Positions 46,479-60,983 of a DNA stretch of 64,000 nucleotides are shown here, in pieces. Positions within the stretch are counted from its first letter, which is position 1. Each line of letters begins with the position of its first letter. A program made the translations under genes and the position numbers. The notes beneath the pieces are model-generated. The model made no database searches. It was not told the DNA's origin and saw only the letters and a program-made list of their open reading frames with translations. Origin of the DNA: Antedon mediterranea (taxonomy: Eukaryota; Animalia; Echinodermata). The stretch spans positions 13,082,001 to 13,146,000 of the forward strand of contig NC_092671.1 in NCBI RefSeq assembly GCF_964355755.1. The letters are read 5' to 3'.

Positions 46479-49400
46479 TCATATGCCATCACTTGACGAG
46501 GCGTTCAATAGAACGACCTGAGAAGAACTCTCATGATTATACTCTGAATCTGGAACAATCTGGTGTGTCCATCCTTCACAAATACTCTCTTTAACTTTCT
46601 TCAGTAAATCAGCTGCAATTAAATAAATAATATATACAGTTTTAAAAATTATTTAGTGTGTAAACTATAATATTTTAAAACATGAACATAGTTTAGAGAA
46701 CATTAGGCCTACATTATCTATAATACCGACACATTTGACGGAAATTATTATTATGATTAAATATAATTAATGGAAACTTACCAAACACTAGCACTAAGAT
46801 GGACAAGTTAAGCATCAGTAGAATAAATGGTGTGATTTCATGAAGAAGAATAATTGAATCATCTGCCGTGTATAAAGAATCATCCATGTCAATAATTGTA
46901 CCAATCGATAAGTTAACAATTATGAAGACCAGTGTCAACAACTGAAATCTTTGATCCGATTTTTCCTTCATTGGCTCAAGATAAAGATGTAATGCAATAA
47001 GAATAACAGTTACAAACAAGGAATAAGACATGTTTGATGCTTCGTCATCTTTGAAGTTAGCGATAAGTGAAAGAATTGCTTTATTGTACATCTCAAATAC
47101 TTCCCAGTACCAAAACCGTGAGTTGTATTGCTTACAAAAGAACTTTAATCCCAACATTTCTGGTTGTACACTACTAATATCTTCGTTATGTGAGGCATTA
47201 CGTTTATATTTCCAATACAAAACGGCAACAACTGCAAGAGGAAAACCTATTACATATAGCAATGAAACAAACACGATGTTTTTGTTAGTATTGTACAGCG
47301 AACCATTATTATCTTCCAAATTCATAATAGAATAGTCTGACGTAAGTATTTTCTTTGTATGATTGTGATTGTCATCTGATGTAACATTAAATGTACGAAT
47401 CGACCAAGGACCTACGGCCATGATATTTGAGCAGGAATTTGCGTACGTTAAATACATTAACATTATTGTAATTGATAAGCATTTGTCTTTTAAACGATGA
47501 ACTGTGTAATCACCACGATATCTATTGATAAGGTGTAGCAGCAAGCAAACCGTTGACGCCAATATTAGGATAACAAAAGGTGTGGCTATACCAATATACA
47601 AAAGTGTATATGCATTCCAAGAACCAGACAAAATACACGCCGGACTGAGAAGATTAACATATCGAATAATGTCAAGATACTGTAAAATTTGTCCAACTGA
47701 TTGAAAGCCTTCTGGCCAGTGGATTTCATTTATTTCAGATAGTATACCAAGGATTTGATAGAAATTGATAGCTATCTTCATGTGAGTGAAAAAAGAACCC
47801 ATACCTGCGATACTATTTCTTTTATCTATCTGCCAAACTATGTATCCAACAACGGCGATTATTAAGATAATAACAGCAAATAGAATAATCATAATGAAAC
47901 TCTTCTGACATTTATGACATTCGTTGAATAATTCGTAATAACCTGGTAAGCATGCGCCACATAACCATCCTGTATAACCACTCGAACAATTTGCGTCGAT
48001 ACCTCCTACGCAACTTTCTGACCGTGGACACATAAACACAGCAGGTAATAATCCATCGTAAATTGCATTTTTCAAAGCCTCAGGATTACTTTCATTAAAG
48101 ATGTTGCTAACTAAATGCGTAATAAAATCATTGTACTTTACTTTACTTTCTGAATCAAATCCCCAAAACCACCAGTAGCCCGGTAGCAATTGTTGAAAGT
48201 CACGTGTACAGTCGACACCTTCTGGACAAGGTTTGCATTCACCGAATCGATCAACACGATGGAAGTTATCAAGGCAATAACAAGCATTGAGATATGCTAA
48301 TTGGTCAGTCTGTGTTCCAGACGGACATGATTGACAATCACCAATCGTACTAGCACCAGCACTGGCTGTGAAACTTCCCACTGGACATCTTTTGCTGTTG
48401 TTAAGCCAACTCCCATCCTCACACTTCCCCAACTCGTCGTTGTAAAATCCTCCTAGAATATTCAATTTCAATCAATAAATCATTAAAAAACTAACATTTA
48501 GAAATTAAAATTAAAAAATCAGAAGTAGAAAGAAGATTATGTTTTGGTTGTTGACGTATTTTACTGTTTATTTTACATATCATGTTACAAAAATGCGACG
48601 GACAATGTTCATACATTAATATATTGCGAAACTGAATGTCGATGTTTAGTTTTGTTGCATAACCATGCCATAGATTTTCAAGAAACTTGGTTAAACCATC
48701 AAGTTTGTATTCTGTAGCCTTTATAGTGTTGTTGTCATATTGGTAACAACTTAAATGAATATGTAAATATTTAACGTTGTTGACGTGCTGATTGTTTATT
48801 TCACTTGATATTATTCACACCGTAGGCCTAATAACAATTAATGCATCTGTTATCATTTCTAAATTGTCACGGTTATAAATACTAACAATTATAATAATAT
48901 TATACACTTTTATTTTATAAGTCACCTGGTGGACAAGCAGAGCATCTTGTTGTTGTTTTTTTATGGTCTATTTTTCTGCGTAACTGATAATACCCCTGTT
49001 TACAAGGCTTGCATGTATCATTGTCGCATGCCATACCATAGTATTGTCGAGTAAGATCAAAATCAGAGCGGTCAAATACGATCTCAGTTGTATTTTTCAA
49101 ACAATAACTGAAAAAGAATGTTCATCAGACTAACTTTATCCGCCTAACAAAATCAGTTTTAGGCCTAACATTTTTATTGTTGAATAGGCCTTTACCATTT
49201 TAATGTCACACACTAGTTATTCACTTTAACAAAAATTCGATTGAAAAAAAAACCATTTACTTGAAAAATGTAATTTAAATCAAAATATAGTCAAATTGGC
49301 CACCAGGCAACGGGATTTTGGTTGAATTTCTCCGTTTATTTTTTAGCATAGCATTCAAAGTCTCATTTTAATATATCAACTAACTTTAATTTGTCCAGCT

Positions 49401-52400
49401 GGAAGGGTTACCCTCTATAAATAAATTGAAATAAATAAAATAATCATCTTTTTCATGTTTGGGTGGGGCGGGGTGGGGGATACATCTTTAATTGTGTTAA
49501 AAATGATGGACATTTTTTTACCCATCAGTTTTTCGTGAGCATAGTCTTTCAAAATGAATAAGCGAAAAGGCATTACGTAAGCAAAAGGTCGTCAGTTCAA
49601 ATACCAGTAGAGGATATTCTGGTATAACTTTTGTATTTGGAACTTTGTGTCGAAATATGATGAATACATTTACATATCTATGAATATCAAATCCCAAAAT
49701 ATATTTACACTACTGCATTTCCAGACAAAGATGATGGAATTGTTGACAAATTTTCACAGTTCAAGTATCTGAAAAAAGTATTTGACAATATGATTAAGTA
49801 AGACTATTAGTGTATTGTGTCCACTATGAGTAAGTAAGACTATTAACACAAAAAGGAGAAAGAAAAGTGTTAATTACTTACACACTTGAATCCGTTGATA
49901 TGTTAGAAAAACTGTTCTCTTCTATAAAAGTGATTGGATTGTAGAACAAATACCTGGTGAACAAAATAAAATAAAAGTAAAATGGATAATACACACAGCA
50001 CATTTATTGTGTAGTTTGTTGATAACGTATTCATGTATTAATGTTATATACATGACATAGCTTTAATTAATGTAATTGTAAATTTAAAGATTTGTTAATC
50101 TTTGTTAAATAAAATTTGTAATCTGTGTACAGCATCCAAGAATTTGAGATTAGAAAGCATGTATAATGTCATGTAACTTACAGTTTTTTCATTACTCCAT
50201 TTCTAAACGTTCTACTTGTTATAGTTTCCAGCTTATTTTTTTGTAAATATCTGAGGAGTAAGGGTTTAATTTTACTACAAAATCAAACAAAAACGGAGAC
50301 CAATAAAATGTTCTCATAATGGCATACTACGTTGTTAATCCATTATTATTGCAAAGTGAAGTAATTCTGAACTATTACAAATCGCCTGATTCTCGGTACT
50401 GTTTCTAGTTTTCCCCAGTATCATAGAAATATGCCGTAATACAGCATCACATGTGTGTCATGTAAGTATCGCCTAGTATCATAGACCACCCTTAACAGTA
50501 CCTTACATAATGCTCCACATGTGATACAGATGCGATGCTGTATTATACAAATATTCGTGATACTTGGTAACTATTGTCGTATATGGAAATACAGCAATAA
50601 CAATCGCTACGTTTAACCCTTTCACTGCGGAGCATTATTCCCACCTCTGTGCGTAATGTATATTTAAGAAAAACATAGGGTATTTTAATAAATTGCAAAA
50701 AAATACTAATTGAGATAATTGTGTAATTATTTTTGTGGTGTGTGATGGGCAAAGGGTTAGTCTACAGTTAGGTATAAAAAAAAAAGTAATTTGCATATTG
50801 ATGACGTCATGTGACGTCATTACAGGTATTTTGGATTTCGTGTTTTTTATCGAATCAATGATAAAAACTATATTTTCTATAAGAAATTCTTATGGAATAC
50901 GTTTTTCCAACTGGATATTGATGAAGATACGTATAACAAATAAAAATATAAAAACAAATTGAATTATTTTTATTGTTTTATAAAAATTATGCACAAATCA
51001 AAGTTTTGGGGCAAAATCGTGAAAATAATGACATTTTCCAAAAATTCACTATAGTACAAAACTAACTATTGTTTCAGAATTTTTTTTTTTTTTGCGTGTT
51101 GTGATAAACACATGTTGCCCTATTGGGGCTGGTAAATTTTGGTTACTTTCAAAATGGCCGCCATTACGCTACTCAAAACAACTTTCCAAGATAGAATACT
51201 ATTATATACACTATACTATATATAACTATAACTATAGAGGGCGCATGATTTTCAAGACAATAATACAGCTATAGGGGGCCGTTTTTTTTGCTGGAAAAAA
51301 TTTTTAATGACTTGCAAAAATATTCAAGTTCATCGAACAAATATAGAGGGTGCTATATATTATAGGCAAATACGATTAAATCATTGTTTTGCCCATACCC
51401 GGTATTACCGGGTATACGCACTTCAACGACGTTTGTTTATACCCGGTAGTACCGGGTATACGCAGTGAAAGGGTTAAAGTGTAGTATTAGTGTCAAATAA
51501 GGAACATAATATCAACTTCTTTAAAAAAAATTTATCCTGTCTGTTAAAAACTTCTTCTTGACTTAACAAACATGCCCAGTCTCTAATTTAGAGTTATTTT
51601 CCTTTAGATGACAGGCAAACCCGTGTTAAATAGACCCCTTATCTTATTCAGTAAAATAATGGGTTTACTTACATGCTTTTCAAATTAGTATCATCAAATG
51701 CTCCATCTTCGATGAAAGATATTTGGTTTTCAGAAAGTACCCTGGTTAAATGAAATAATGAGGACAATAACTTTCAACCTATTTAAATAGATTAACTAAT
51801 ATTTGTTATCATTTATGATCAAAGAAACTCATACTGTAGTTTAATTATATTGTATGACATTTTGTAACATCTTTGTTCTCATCGTATAGAGCCAGTATAG
51901 GCCTACCATTATAAATAAATCTTAAATATGTAGAAATTCTACAATTAAAAGATAGACTTAATGATTGAATCCACTTACAATATATTTAGGGCTTTACAAC
52001 CTATAAAATTGGTTTTCGAAATATTTTGAATTTCATTCCTGTGCAGGTACAGTTTGTGTGGAAAATGCTGTAATAAAGATCTATTTCCAAGTGAAGAGAT
52101 GTGATTGTTTCCCAGGTCACTGTAAATAAAAAAAACATTACTTAATTTATTTAATTTTATAAACAATACAGACAGTTGGTAATTGTAAAAATTGATAAAT
52201 TAAAAACATATTCGTTAACTATTTGTTATTTATATGAAAAGCAACTATTTACATGCTTATGAATAATCAGGTGTCAATTATTGCTTTAGGCTTATTTTCA
52301 ATTAATTTTAAATGAAACTTTTTATGGGTGTTTTTCAAATGAATAATTGACAATTTGTACTACATGAAATTTATTATTATATTTTTAATTTATTTATAAA

Positions 52401-55400
52401 TGTTATCATAAAGACTTCAATGACTGCGGATTGTATGGCTATAATGGAAGTTTCTATTCTCCATTCATAATGATTCTAATAATATTTAAATTTCGTTTTG
52501 GATCTAATAAAACGTTCTGGATTCTTGAATACAGACATAATATTTCGCCATTGTGTTAAGGTTCCAAGGACTAATCAGCAGTAGCCTATAATTAAACGCT
52601 GTGTACACTATAAAACTTTGTGACAAAAAAAACTATTGTTTCTACACTGATAGTGTAGACAGAGATTTCGTCAACTTACAGAGTATCCTGCATTTGAAGG
52701 TGGTATAATGCAGAAGGAAACACAGTTAATAAATTACTAGCAGCAGTGCTTCAAAGAAAACAATAGAACACAAGTTATAACATTTTTTTTTAATGAAATG
52801 CGTGTCTCACCTGATAGCAAAGAAAGTATAAGTATACCAATATGCTCGCTCGAATGATCGCTTTATAATAAATTAAATACACACGACACACACATACACA
52901 GAAGATCATCCATAACGAATGCGAACCATTTGAATAAAATAGCTCACCAACGGTATCTCACTCAATGTTAAAATAACATGTATTATAGCAGCAGTAACAT
53001 CTTCTTCCCCCATTGTTTGCTCTAAAAACAACACTCCATTTCAAAGTTATATTAATGTAGATATTCGATCATTTGAGACATGTTTATGTAAGACAGTATA
53101 CTTACAAATCAGCAAGAAATATTAGCTCTTTAAATGCTTCCGGGTGAATTTTGCTGATTTGATTGAAATCCATTCGTCTAAAAAGTTTTATTGAAAAAAA
53201 ACCCATAGTTGTTGATAAACTTTGGTGTTTAACCATTTATATTTAGTTTTAAAATTTGACAATCCCACTAATCACGATTAATGACATTACCATAGTAATA
53301 AAATATTAGTTACTCACAACACAGACAAAAAACTTGTTTTAACAAATAGTCTTGCTGGTATGGAGCTTATGTTCGAACCTTGTAGATAACTATGTGATAA
53401 ACAAAAGTACAAGATCTATATCAAACGTAATACTGTAACTAGAATAATATTAATAACAAGAGACATGCACCTTTACTACAGAAAAGTCAGGCACACCAAC
53501 AGAGCTGAGAATAAAACAAACAAGAAACAATAACAAGTCCAAGTATAATAATAGTATAATAACTTACATTCTACTTCCATTCGGAACATTCGTAAATGTT
53601 CCTGTTGACAGGACAGACAATGACCGACTGCTAACTCTTCTGTGAATACGGTAATTATTATTATTATGAGAATATAGTCCAGTTTGTAAAATTACAAGTA
53701 TATAATTACATTCTATCCGCACAAATGTATATTACACTACCTTTACAGGAATATATTACAGTACCTTGATCAATCAACTTTCAACAACTTACATTTCAAT
53801 CATCCCTTTACTCCTAAAGAAGAAGGCGTTTTCCATCAGTCCCTTGATTTGTATTTTTTGAAGGTGTCTACATTAGTTAAAGCAAAATTGAAAACGAGTT
53901 TACTAAGATGATCCGACGTTCTACTTAAATAAGTTTCAGAAATAAAATCTGAATACGTTATTTTAGTTGTTAGGCTTACTTATCAGGAAGAAATATTTCA
54001 GCACCTAATTAGAGTTTTGGCGTAAACTGACAGAAGAGAAAATGGTAATATCACTAAATATTATCATCCACATTAAAAGTATATGTTTTAAACATTTAAC
54101 GTTGTATAATACCCATAGGCAGTTTCATTTTATCTTATATGAAGTATGAATTAAAACAAATTGTATACATTAATATTGAAAACAAAAAAGAAACGTAACG
54201 CAACATAAGTAACGCACGATAAGATAAGCAAACAAATATAACCATCAGACATAAAATTAGACACAGGTGTAAGAAAAGCATTTTTAATATTTTTGTTTAT
54301 TTTTTTATATTCTTATTTTAAAATAATGTATATAGTCTGTATATAGGGTATAAATGAATTATATATATAAAAAAATACATACTGAAAATAATTATATAAC
54401 ATTAGTAAATGTATCTTCTACAGTACATTTAAAAAAAAGGTGGATAACAGAAAAGAAATATAAAATGTTCTAATTCTAAGAACAGTAACATTGATAAAAT
54501 CACATAATGTAAACTATATATATATAAACCAAACAAAAGTGAGAATAACAATAAAATAGTTATTATTATTATTTGAAATAATTATATTAATCTGTTGAAG
54601 ATGAAATGAATAAATAGTGGTTAACGCCACAAAAGAGAAAAAAAAAACATTTAAGGCATATAATACTGTAGTGTACCTACATCTCATTAATACTTTGTAG
54701 ACCAGCAAACGTAAATGGTTCGATTTGCTCCAGAGCACTATCACAAACGTCGCTGTAATAATGAGTGATATATAACATTTCATCAATTATTTAGTGTGTG
54801 ATACTGTGATTTAAAATATATACACAGTAAAAGTTGCGGCTATAGAATAAAAGTATACAATACGGTAGTATTATATAATTTAGGAATAATATTAAAAAAA
54901 AGCTAGAACCTTACATGCGTCTAAAGTGTGCCCCCTGGAAACTCGTCTTGGTTAGCTTTTTAATTGGATTACCATTCAACATTCTATAAGTATAAATATG
55001 GTGTTAAAGCCAAAATGTACAAACTACTACTATACTATATCACATTCCTCCATGTTGGAATTACAATACATTATGTAATAAGTTGTTGTGGAAATTGACC
55101 ATTCAAATTATTTCAAACCCATGAAATATGAATAAAAATGTTACAAAGCAGTTTACGGTTATTACAAAGATAGAAAAATGTCTCTATATTATAATATTGT
55201 ATCTAAAGTTGGTAATTTAAAATGAATGTTCGTTTGTATAATATAATCTTCCAATAAATAAAATAGAACTTTTCAGTATATAATAGAAAATGTATATAGA
55301 AATAGAACGTACGGTAGTTGCATGCGTCGGGTACTATTATTCCGAATAACTAATATAAGTAAGGATTAGCATCTATTATTGTTGACAAAACTAAGTTATG

Positions 55401-57269
55401 CTACACTTTTGTGAACATTGGAAATAGTCAGTACAATTATATTACTAAACCCTCCACATTCATCTTTTAAATGGTTTAAATTGTAAATAGGTTGAAAGAT
55501 TGAAAGGCATTTTTTGCATTCATTGCAGATAATCTATTTGAAAAATTTAAAAATAGAGTATTATAAGATAGTCTGCATTGAAGCATAGAATATTTATAGT
55601 GTCAAGTGCATTCAATTAAACCGCGTAGGATTGATATTCAAGGAAATGTTTGGGTTGTGAAAAATTATTATTATTATTATTATGTTCGTATAAATAAGAA
55701 ATATCTGTTTGTCTCGAAGTATATTTATGTATATTATACAATACAAATCACCATGAACTGTCCAGCAATGATGACGAAACGGAACTGAATCTGGGTGGGT
55801 GATAAGTGGGTGATAAGAATGTTAGTAAATCGCATAATAATGGTTCACTTACATTCTGTCTAGTCGAGTTAAGTTTGAAAACACTCCGTCGATAGACTTC
55901 AAATAATTGTAGTTAGCAGATCTGTAAAATATATATTTAATAAACAATATTTTATTGTGAACAACATCACAACAACATAATTGTATATTTATCAAGTAGT
56001 AAATGAGAAAAGAAGACACAAGGACGACATAGAGAGCTAATATTGAATATTGAAATGTAACAGCTTACATTCTGTTTATATACTTCGGAAACTTTGGTAA
56101 TTCAGTCAATTTGTTAAAATCCAATGATCTAAATGTCATAAAATATTGAATAAGCATACATTAGAAAAAAATAATGCTTCATTGTATCAACTTAATATTT
56201 CCAATTCTTGAGGCATTCGTTGACACTCTTATGCCAACCGAATTAAAATAAAAATATCTAGAAAGCATATTAAATGTATGGGTGATAAGAATAAAACGTT
56301 CATAAACCACTCCGACATTATTTTGCTAATAAACATTTTGCCCTTGTTTGGCCCTTTTTGTGCTATAACGGTAAAATGAAAAAGGAAGTTTTCGTATCAC
56401 TTCGAAATTTCAATATTTAATATGTTTATACAGAAGGAAAATGTCTATTCCTGAAACGCCAAAAATATTTATATTTGAAACTTACATTTCTTTTAATTGA
56501 AAAAATCGAAGCAATGCATCACTGGCAATCTTGGTGAGGTTGTTATTGTCGAGCCTCCTTTTCAAAACAATGTAGTAAACGTAGTTTAAATGTCTTATTT
56601 TATTTTATTTAAAGAAAGAATCTTAATTAAATACTACTTTTCATATTCTGGGTTGGTTAAAGAAACAATTTAAAAGATCAGGTTATAATTAAATTTAAGT
56701 TTTTTTTGGAGTGTTAATTGATTTTGATTTACCGTGTAAATGGGATAGATTTTGTCAAAAGGGTAAATGTAACGCAACGCTGTTAATAACGTCGAAAGTA
56801 ATAACATTTAATGCCCCTCATTCATAATGTCTTCAACATTACAAGATGCCTATAATCTAACTTTTTTTTTTCATTTTAGGTGATTTTGATGAACTAATAT
56901 TTTAGCAATCGTATTTAAATTACAGTCTACAACTGTTTGCATAACAATGACATTTACAAAATTCGGTAGTCCATTACCAGTATCGGGAATTCCGGTGACA
57001 ACCATGGATTGCATCATGATTATCATATAATAATATAAAGCTATCAACATAATGTGCATCTTAACTCACAAATGTGTTGTGTTTTCAGGTATTCCAGCAG
57101 GTAAGTGAACAAGCCCACGTCTACTACAATTGACTATTAACCAATATCTGTTAGGAGATTCGCAGGTACATACAAAATCTTCTCCACTGGCATTGTTCAT
57201 GCAATCTGCCAATGCAAAAATAACATAGCTACAGGAGAAAAGAAACGTAAACAAATATCTTAAAAACAT
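46479..57269 (-). CDS. LRR + Cys-rich + 8-9 TM membrane receptor-like protein (~1075 aa, 18 exons)
   Basis: Exon 57269-57070 signal peptide + LRRNT (CTC..VNCSRRGLVHLPAGIP); 14 LRR exons of 60-141 nt between 56557 and 49709 (e.g. RLDNNNLTKI, RMDFNQISKIHPEAF, VLSENQISFIEDGAF); Cys-rich exon 49107-48926; 1671-nt exon 48452-46782 with CxxC repeats, CSSGYTGWLCGAC and TM helices (KIAINFYQI..WP, LTSDYSI, Y..RFWYWE); tail exon 46612-46479. Frame is open throughout. Confidence 0.85.
50617..51473. mobile_element. Non-autonomous piggyBac element in an intron of the LRR gene
   Basis: TTAA|CCCTTTCACTGCG ... CGCAGTGAAAGGG|TTAA; subterminal palindromes ATACCCGGTA.TACCGGGTAT twice. Confidence 0.9.
52579..52664. 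mobile_element. Short MITE relic (Harbinger-like ends)
   Basis: CTGTGTACACTAT / ATAGTGTAGACAG inverted ends. Confidence 0.4.
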
Positions 57270-57744
57270 TTTCTGTAATAGGCTCTGCAGTAATGATATA
57301 CTTGCTCTTACGGTACGACTAATTCTAGTTGTTTTATCACGACTATATAATGTCAGAGATGAGTGTTAATAGTATGAAAATAAATCATATTTACTTCCTT
57401 CTTCCTTATTTTAATAAAAAAATGACAATAATATCTTCATGTATTGTATTCAAGAATTCAAGGCCTACATGCCACTAAGCAGTGAACTGTAGACGACTTT
57501 TGTAATTGTAAAAGAATTACAATATATAACAAAATCTATCTATACAAAGTAATTAGATATATTTAAAACATACACAACGTGTTTACCTCTATAGCAGCAT
57601 CAAACAAATTAATTATTCCATCTGCCACATTATCTGTATCTGTACACCGTTTTTAATCTGCTTGAGACTAATTTTAATTATTTAAAATGTTATCTTGTGT
57701 ATTATAAAATACTAGATTTCAATATATCACAACAAGGCCATATT

Positions 57745-57816
57745 CCTGCAGTCGCGTGCTCAAGTGTTTTACCGACCAACCGACCGACACAGTGAGCCGT
57801 TGCACGCGACTAAAAA
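57745..57816 (+). mobile_element. Helentron/HINE-like 3' relic
   Basis: (GACC)n-like tract followed by TGCACGCGACTAAAAA, complementary to AGTCGCGTGC upstream. Confidence 0.35.
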
Positions 57817-58476
57817 TCAGTGGCTTCTTATGATTGAACACACCGGACAAATTAAATGAAATCCTACATTCGATTCTGATTTAACTAACGCAGACCTACT
57901 GATCACTAGCATAGTCAACACATTGTTTTTGATTGAAAGGCAAAACATACAAGGAAATACTAAAATTTGGTGTTTAAGGAAATATCCTGAAATTTTATTC
58001 GCAATAACACCAAAGATTAAATAAATACTGTCTAGATAACGGTGACAATTCCGTATACTACAGTACTACACTTGTTTATAATACAAAACCAAAACCACAC
58101 TGTACAATATATTGCTTAAAGGGTTAAAATTGTATATACAGAGATCATATTAAACAATTTGCTTACGGCACCTTTTCTACTAGCTAAAAGCGTTTAAAAC
58201 TGAGGCTGTTGTTGAGACAATACCACTGTAATACATAACACGATTTATAAAAAATTAATAACATCTTATTGTTCAGTGACTGCTTCCACATTTTTGAACG
58301 ATCTAATGTGGTATGTGGCTGCAAATCAGTACCGGTACTTACACTCAAATATAATTATTCTGAATAATTAAACTTTAAAGATATTTTTTTAAATACATTA
58401 AAGTACTAGTAATTATTGATTATGGAAAGGGTCTAAGGCCCTCTACAAAATATTTATAAATTCTTAAAAGAAAGAA

Positions 58477-59808
58477 TCTATATATAAATTATGGTTAATT
58501 CTGACATAGGCGAGCACAATGCAAAAACTTCGGTACAAATCTCCGCCTTGGATACCTACCTTATCTATCCGAGATGTACCGTGAAACGTATAATTGATAA
58601 CATTAGTGTTCACGCCGGCGCTATTGTTCCATATTTATATCTTAGGAAGATATTATAAAGAGTTTTTTAACAACATTTATGATTTCAACATTAGATTTCA
58701 ATTCTTCCCGGTCAAAGTAATTTCCGGGTTTAAGATAAGTTTACCTTGCAACAACCTGGTTTCAAATATTTTCTCTCTTTTAAACACAAGGGAGCAGTTA
58801 AAATAGTAGATTTGACCCTAAAGGTGACTGGAAACAGGCACTTTCCATCAATCAATATAGTGTCCCTTTGGAAGACGAAAAAAAACCAGATATATTTGGC
58901 CATTAATCATAGCCATTTCAGTTTTTTGTTTATTTTAAAACATACCGCGCGTGTGTGAAGGTACAGTAGTTAAATAATAGGAATTATACTGCAAATTAAT
59001 AAAGATCAAATTAAATATACGCCATAAAGAATCAGAATATATTGTGGGGAATAGTATTATAAAATTACATAGGGAGATTTGATGATAAGACATTTTTCGA
59101 GTGAAATCCCGATAGCTGAGTTTTATTGAGTAAGCTTGCAGGAATAACTGTAGGCTATCTTCATGTGTCCCGTTAGGACCGAGATGTCTGCCCATGTTGC
59201 AATCCGTAATGTCTTCTTTCTTGGGCCCACTCTGTCACGGCAGTTAGTTTCAAAAGATGATTAAATTAAATAATGTATTAATAATTATTAGGATGGTATT
59301 CATTTGAATAAACGCCTCTCCAATAAAACATCACTTTGAATAATAACCCCCCCCCCCCAACCCAACTATCTAATAAACGTCCATCCACATATTTATAACA
59401 ACACAATTATACTATTTGTAGTAGAATTCACCGCACTGTTATTTACAATTTACCAAGCATTTGTTATTCTTTTTTAGCACTTTTCATATCTATTAGAGGA
59501 TTTCATTTGATTATAAATGTTACCATATTATTATTAAAACTACAAAATTTAACATATATCCCTCGAATAAGCACCTCCCTCAAATGACCTCCGCCTCCCC
59601 AAAGGGCCCTACCAAACAATAAAAACTGTACTTTAAAATGTTATTAATCATCTAAAACACTGTGAAACAAAGTAGTTTAGTTTTACGAATGTCAAGCATT
59701 TTCAATAATGGTAACCAACAGAAAACGTATAAGGAGAACATTATCATTCCGAGAACCATCGTCTACACTTCCTAGAGGGGGAGCGAGCGAAGCGAGCTCA
59801 CCCTCTAG
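58477..59808 (+). mobile_element. Non-autonomous Helitron family B
   Basis: A|TCTATATATAAATT start; ends ccgagaaccatc..CTAGAGGGGGAGCGAGCGAAGCGAGCTCACCCTCTAG|T; interior differs from family A. Confidence 0.8.
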
Positions 59809-60983
59809 TATTAACAATTTCTTTAAAATTAATATATTAATGTTAAATACTAATGATAAAATGTATTCTTTTGTTAATGTTTTGACAAGCTGATCTGTGT
59901 TGAGAACTATAATCTAATCCTTCAATTAATGATAATCTGAATAAATAATATTACATATAATTTAAGTTATTATCGAATCTATCTCTAATAACAACTTATG
60001 TTCACGACATTACTGCACTAGTTTTAGTGTGTTTGATAAGAATAGCATATTACGGTGCGACGGAACCATTAAATGATGATAAGTATCCTCTTAGTGAAAT
60101 TATTATAATTATGCTTATTTAGGTACACAGTAAGATTAACAATAAATTGACAATCTGCATTTTCAAGTCCTGACTATATGCCATCAATTGACGAGGCGTT
60201 CAATAGAACGATCTGTGAAGAACTGTCATGAGTATACTCTGAATCTGGAACAATCTGGTGTGTCCATCCTTCACAAATACTCTCTTTAACTTTCTTGAGT
60301 AAATCAGCTGCATAAGGTAAATGATATACAAAGTAAGTATTATAACAATTATACACATAACTGCCTACATGTTGATTATAGACTAAAGTTATTAATGACT
60401 TACCAAAGACTAACACTAAGATGGACAAGTTAAGCATCAGTAGAATAAATGGTGTGATTTCATGAAGAAGAATAATTGAATCATCTGTCGTGTATAAAGA
60501 ATCATCCATGTCAATAATTGTACCAATCGATAAGTTAACAATTATGAAGATCAGTGTCAACAACTGAAATCTTTAATCCGATTTTTTCTTCATTGGCTCA
60601 AGATAAAGATGTAATGCAATAAGAATAACAGTTACAAACAAGGAATAAGACATGTTTGATGCTTCGTCATCTTTGAAGTTAACGATAAGTGAAAGAATTG
60701 CTTTATTGTACATCTCAAATACTTCCCAGTACCAAAACCGTGAGTTGTATTGCTTACAAAAGAACTTTAATCCAACAATTTCTGGTCGTATACTATTAAT
60801 ATCTTCGTTATGTGAGGCATTACGTTTATATTTCCAATACAAAACGGCAACAACTGCAAGAGGAAAACCTATTACATACAGCAATGAAACAAACACGATA
60901 TTTTTGTTAGTATTGTACATCGAACCATTGTTATCTTCCAAATTCATAATAGAATAGTCTGACGTAAGTATTTTCTTTGTATA

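Noticed and set aside
46714-48471. 585-aa ORF as a stand-alone gene
   Set aside because: It is one internal exon (48452-46782) bounded by splice sites; both ORF ends run into introns.
55310-55535. Possible extra exon of the LRR gene
   Set aside because: Has acceptor- and donor-like ends but stops in all frames and no LRR pattern; flanking exons join in phase without it.
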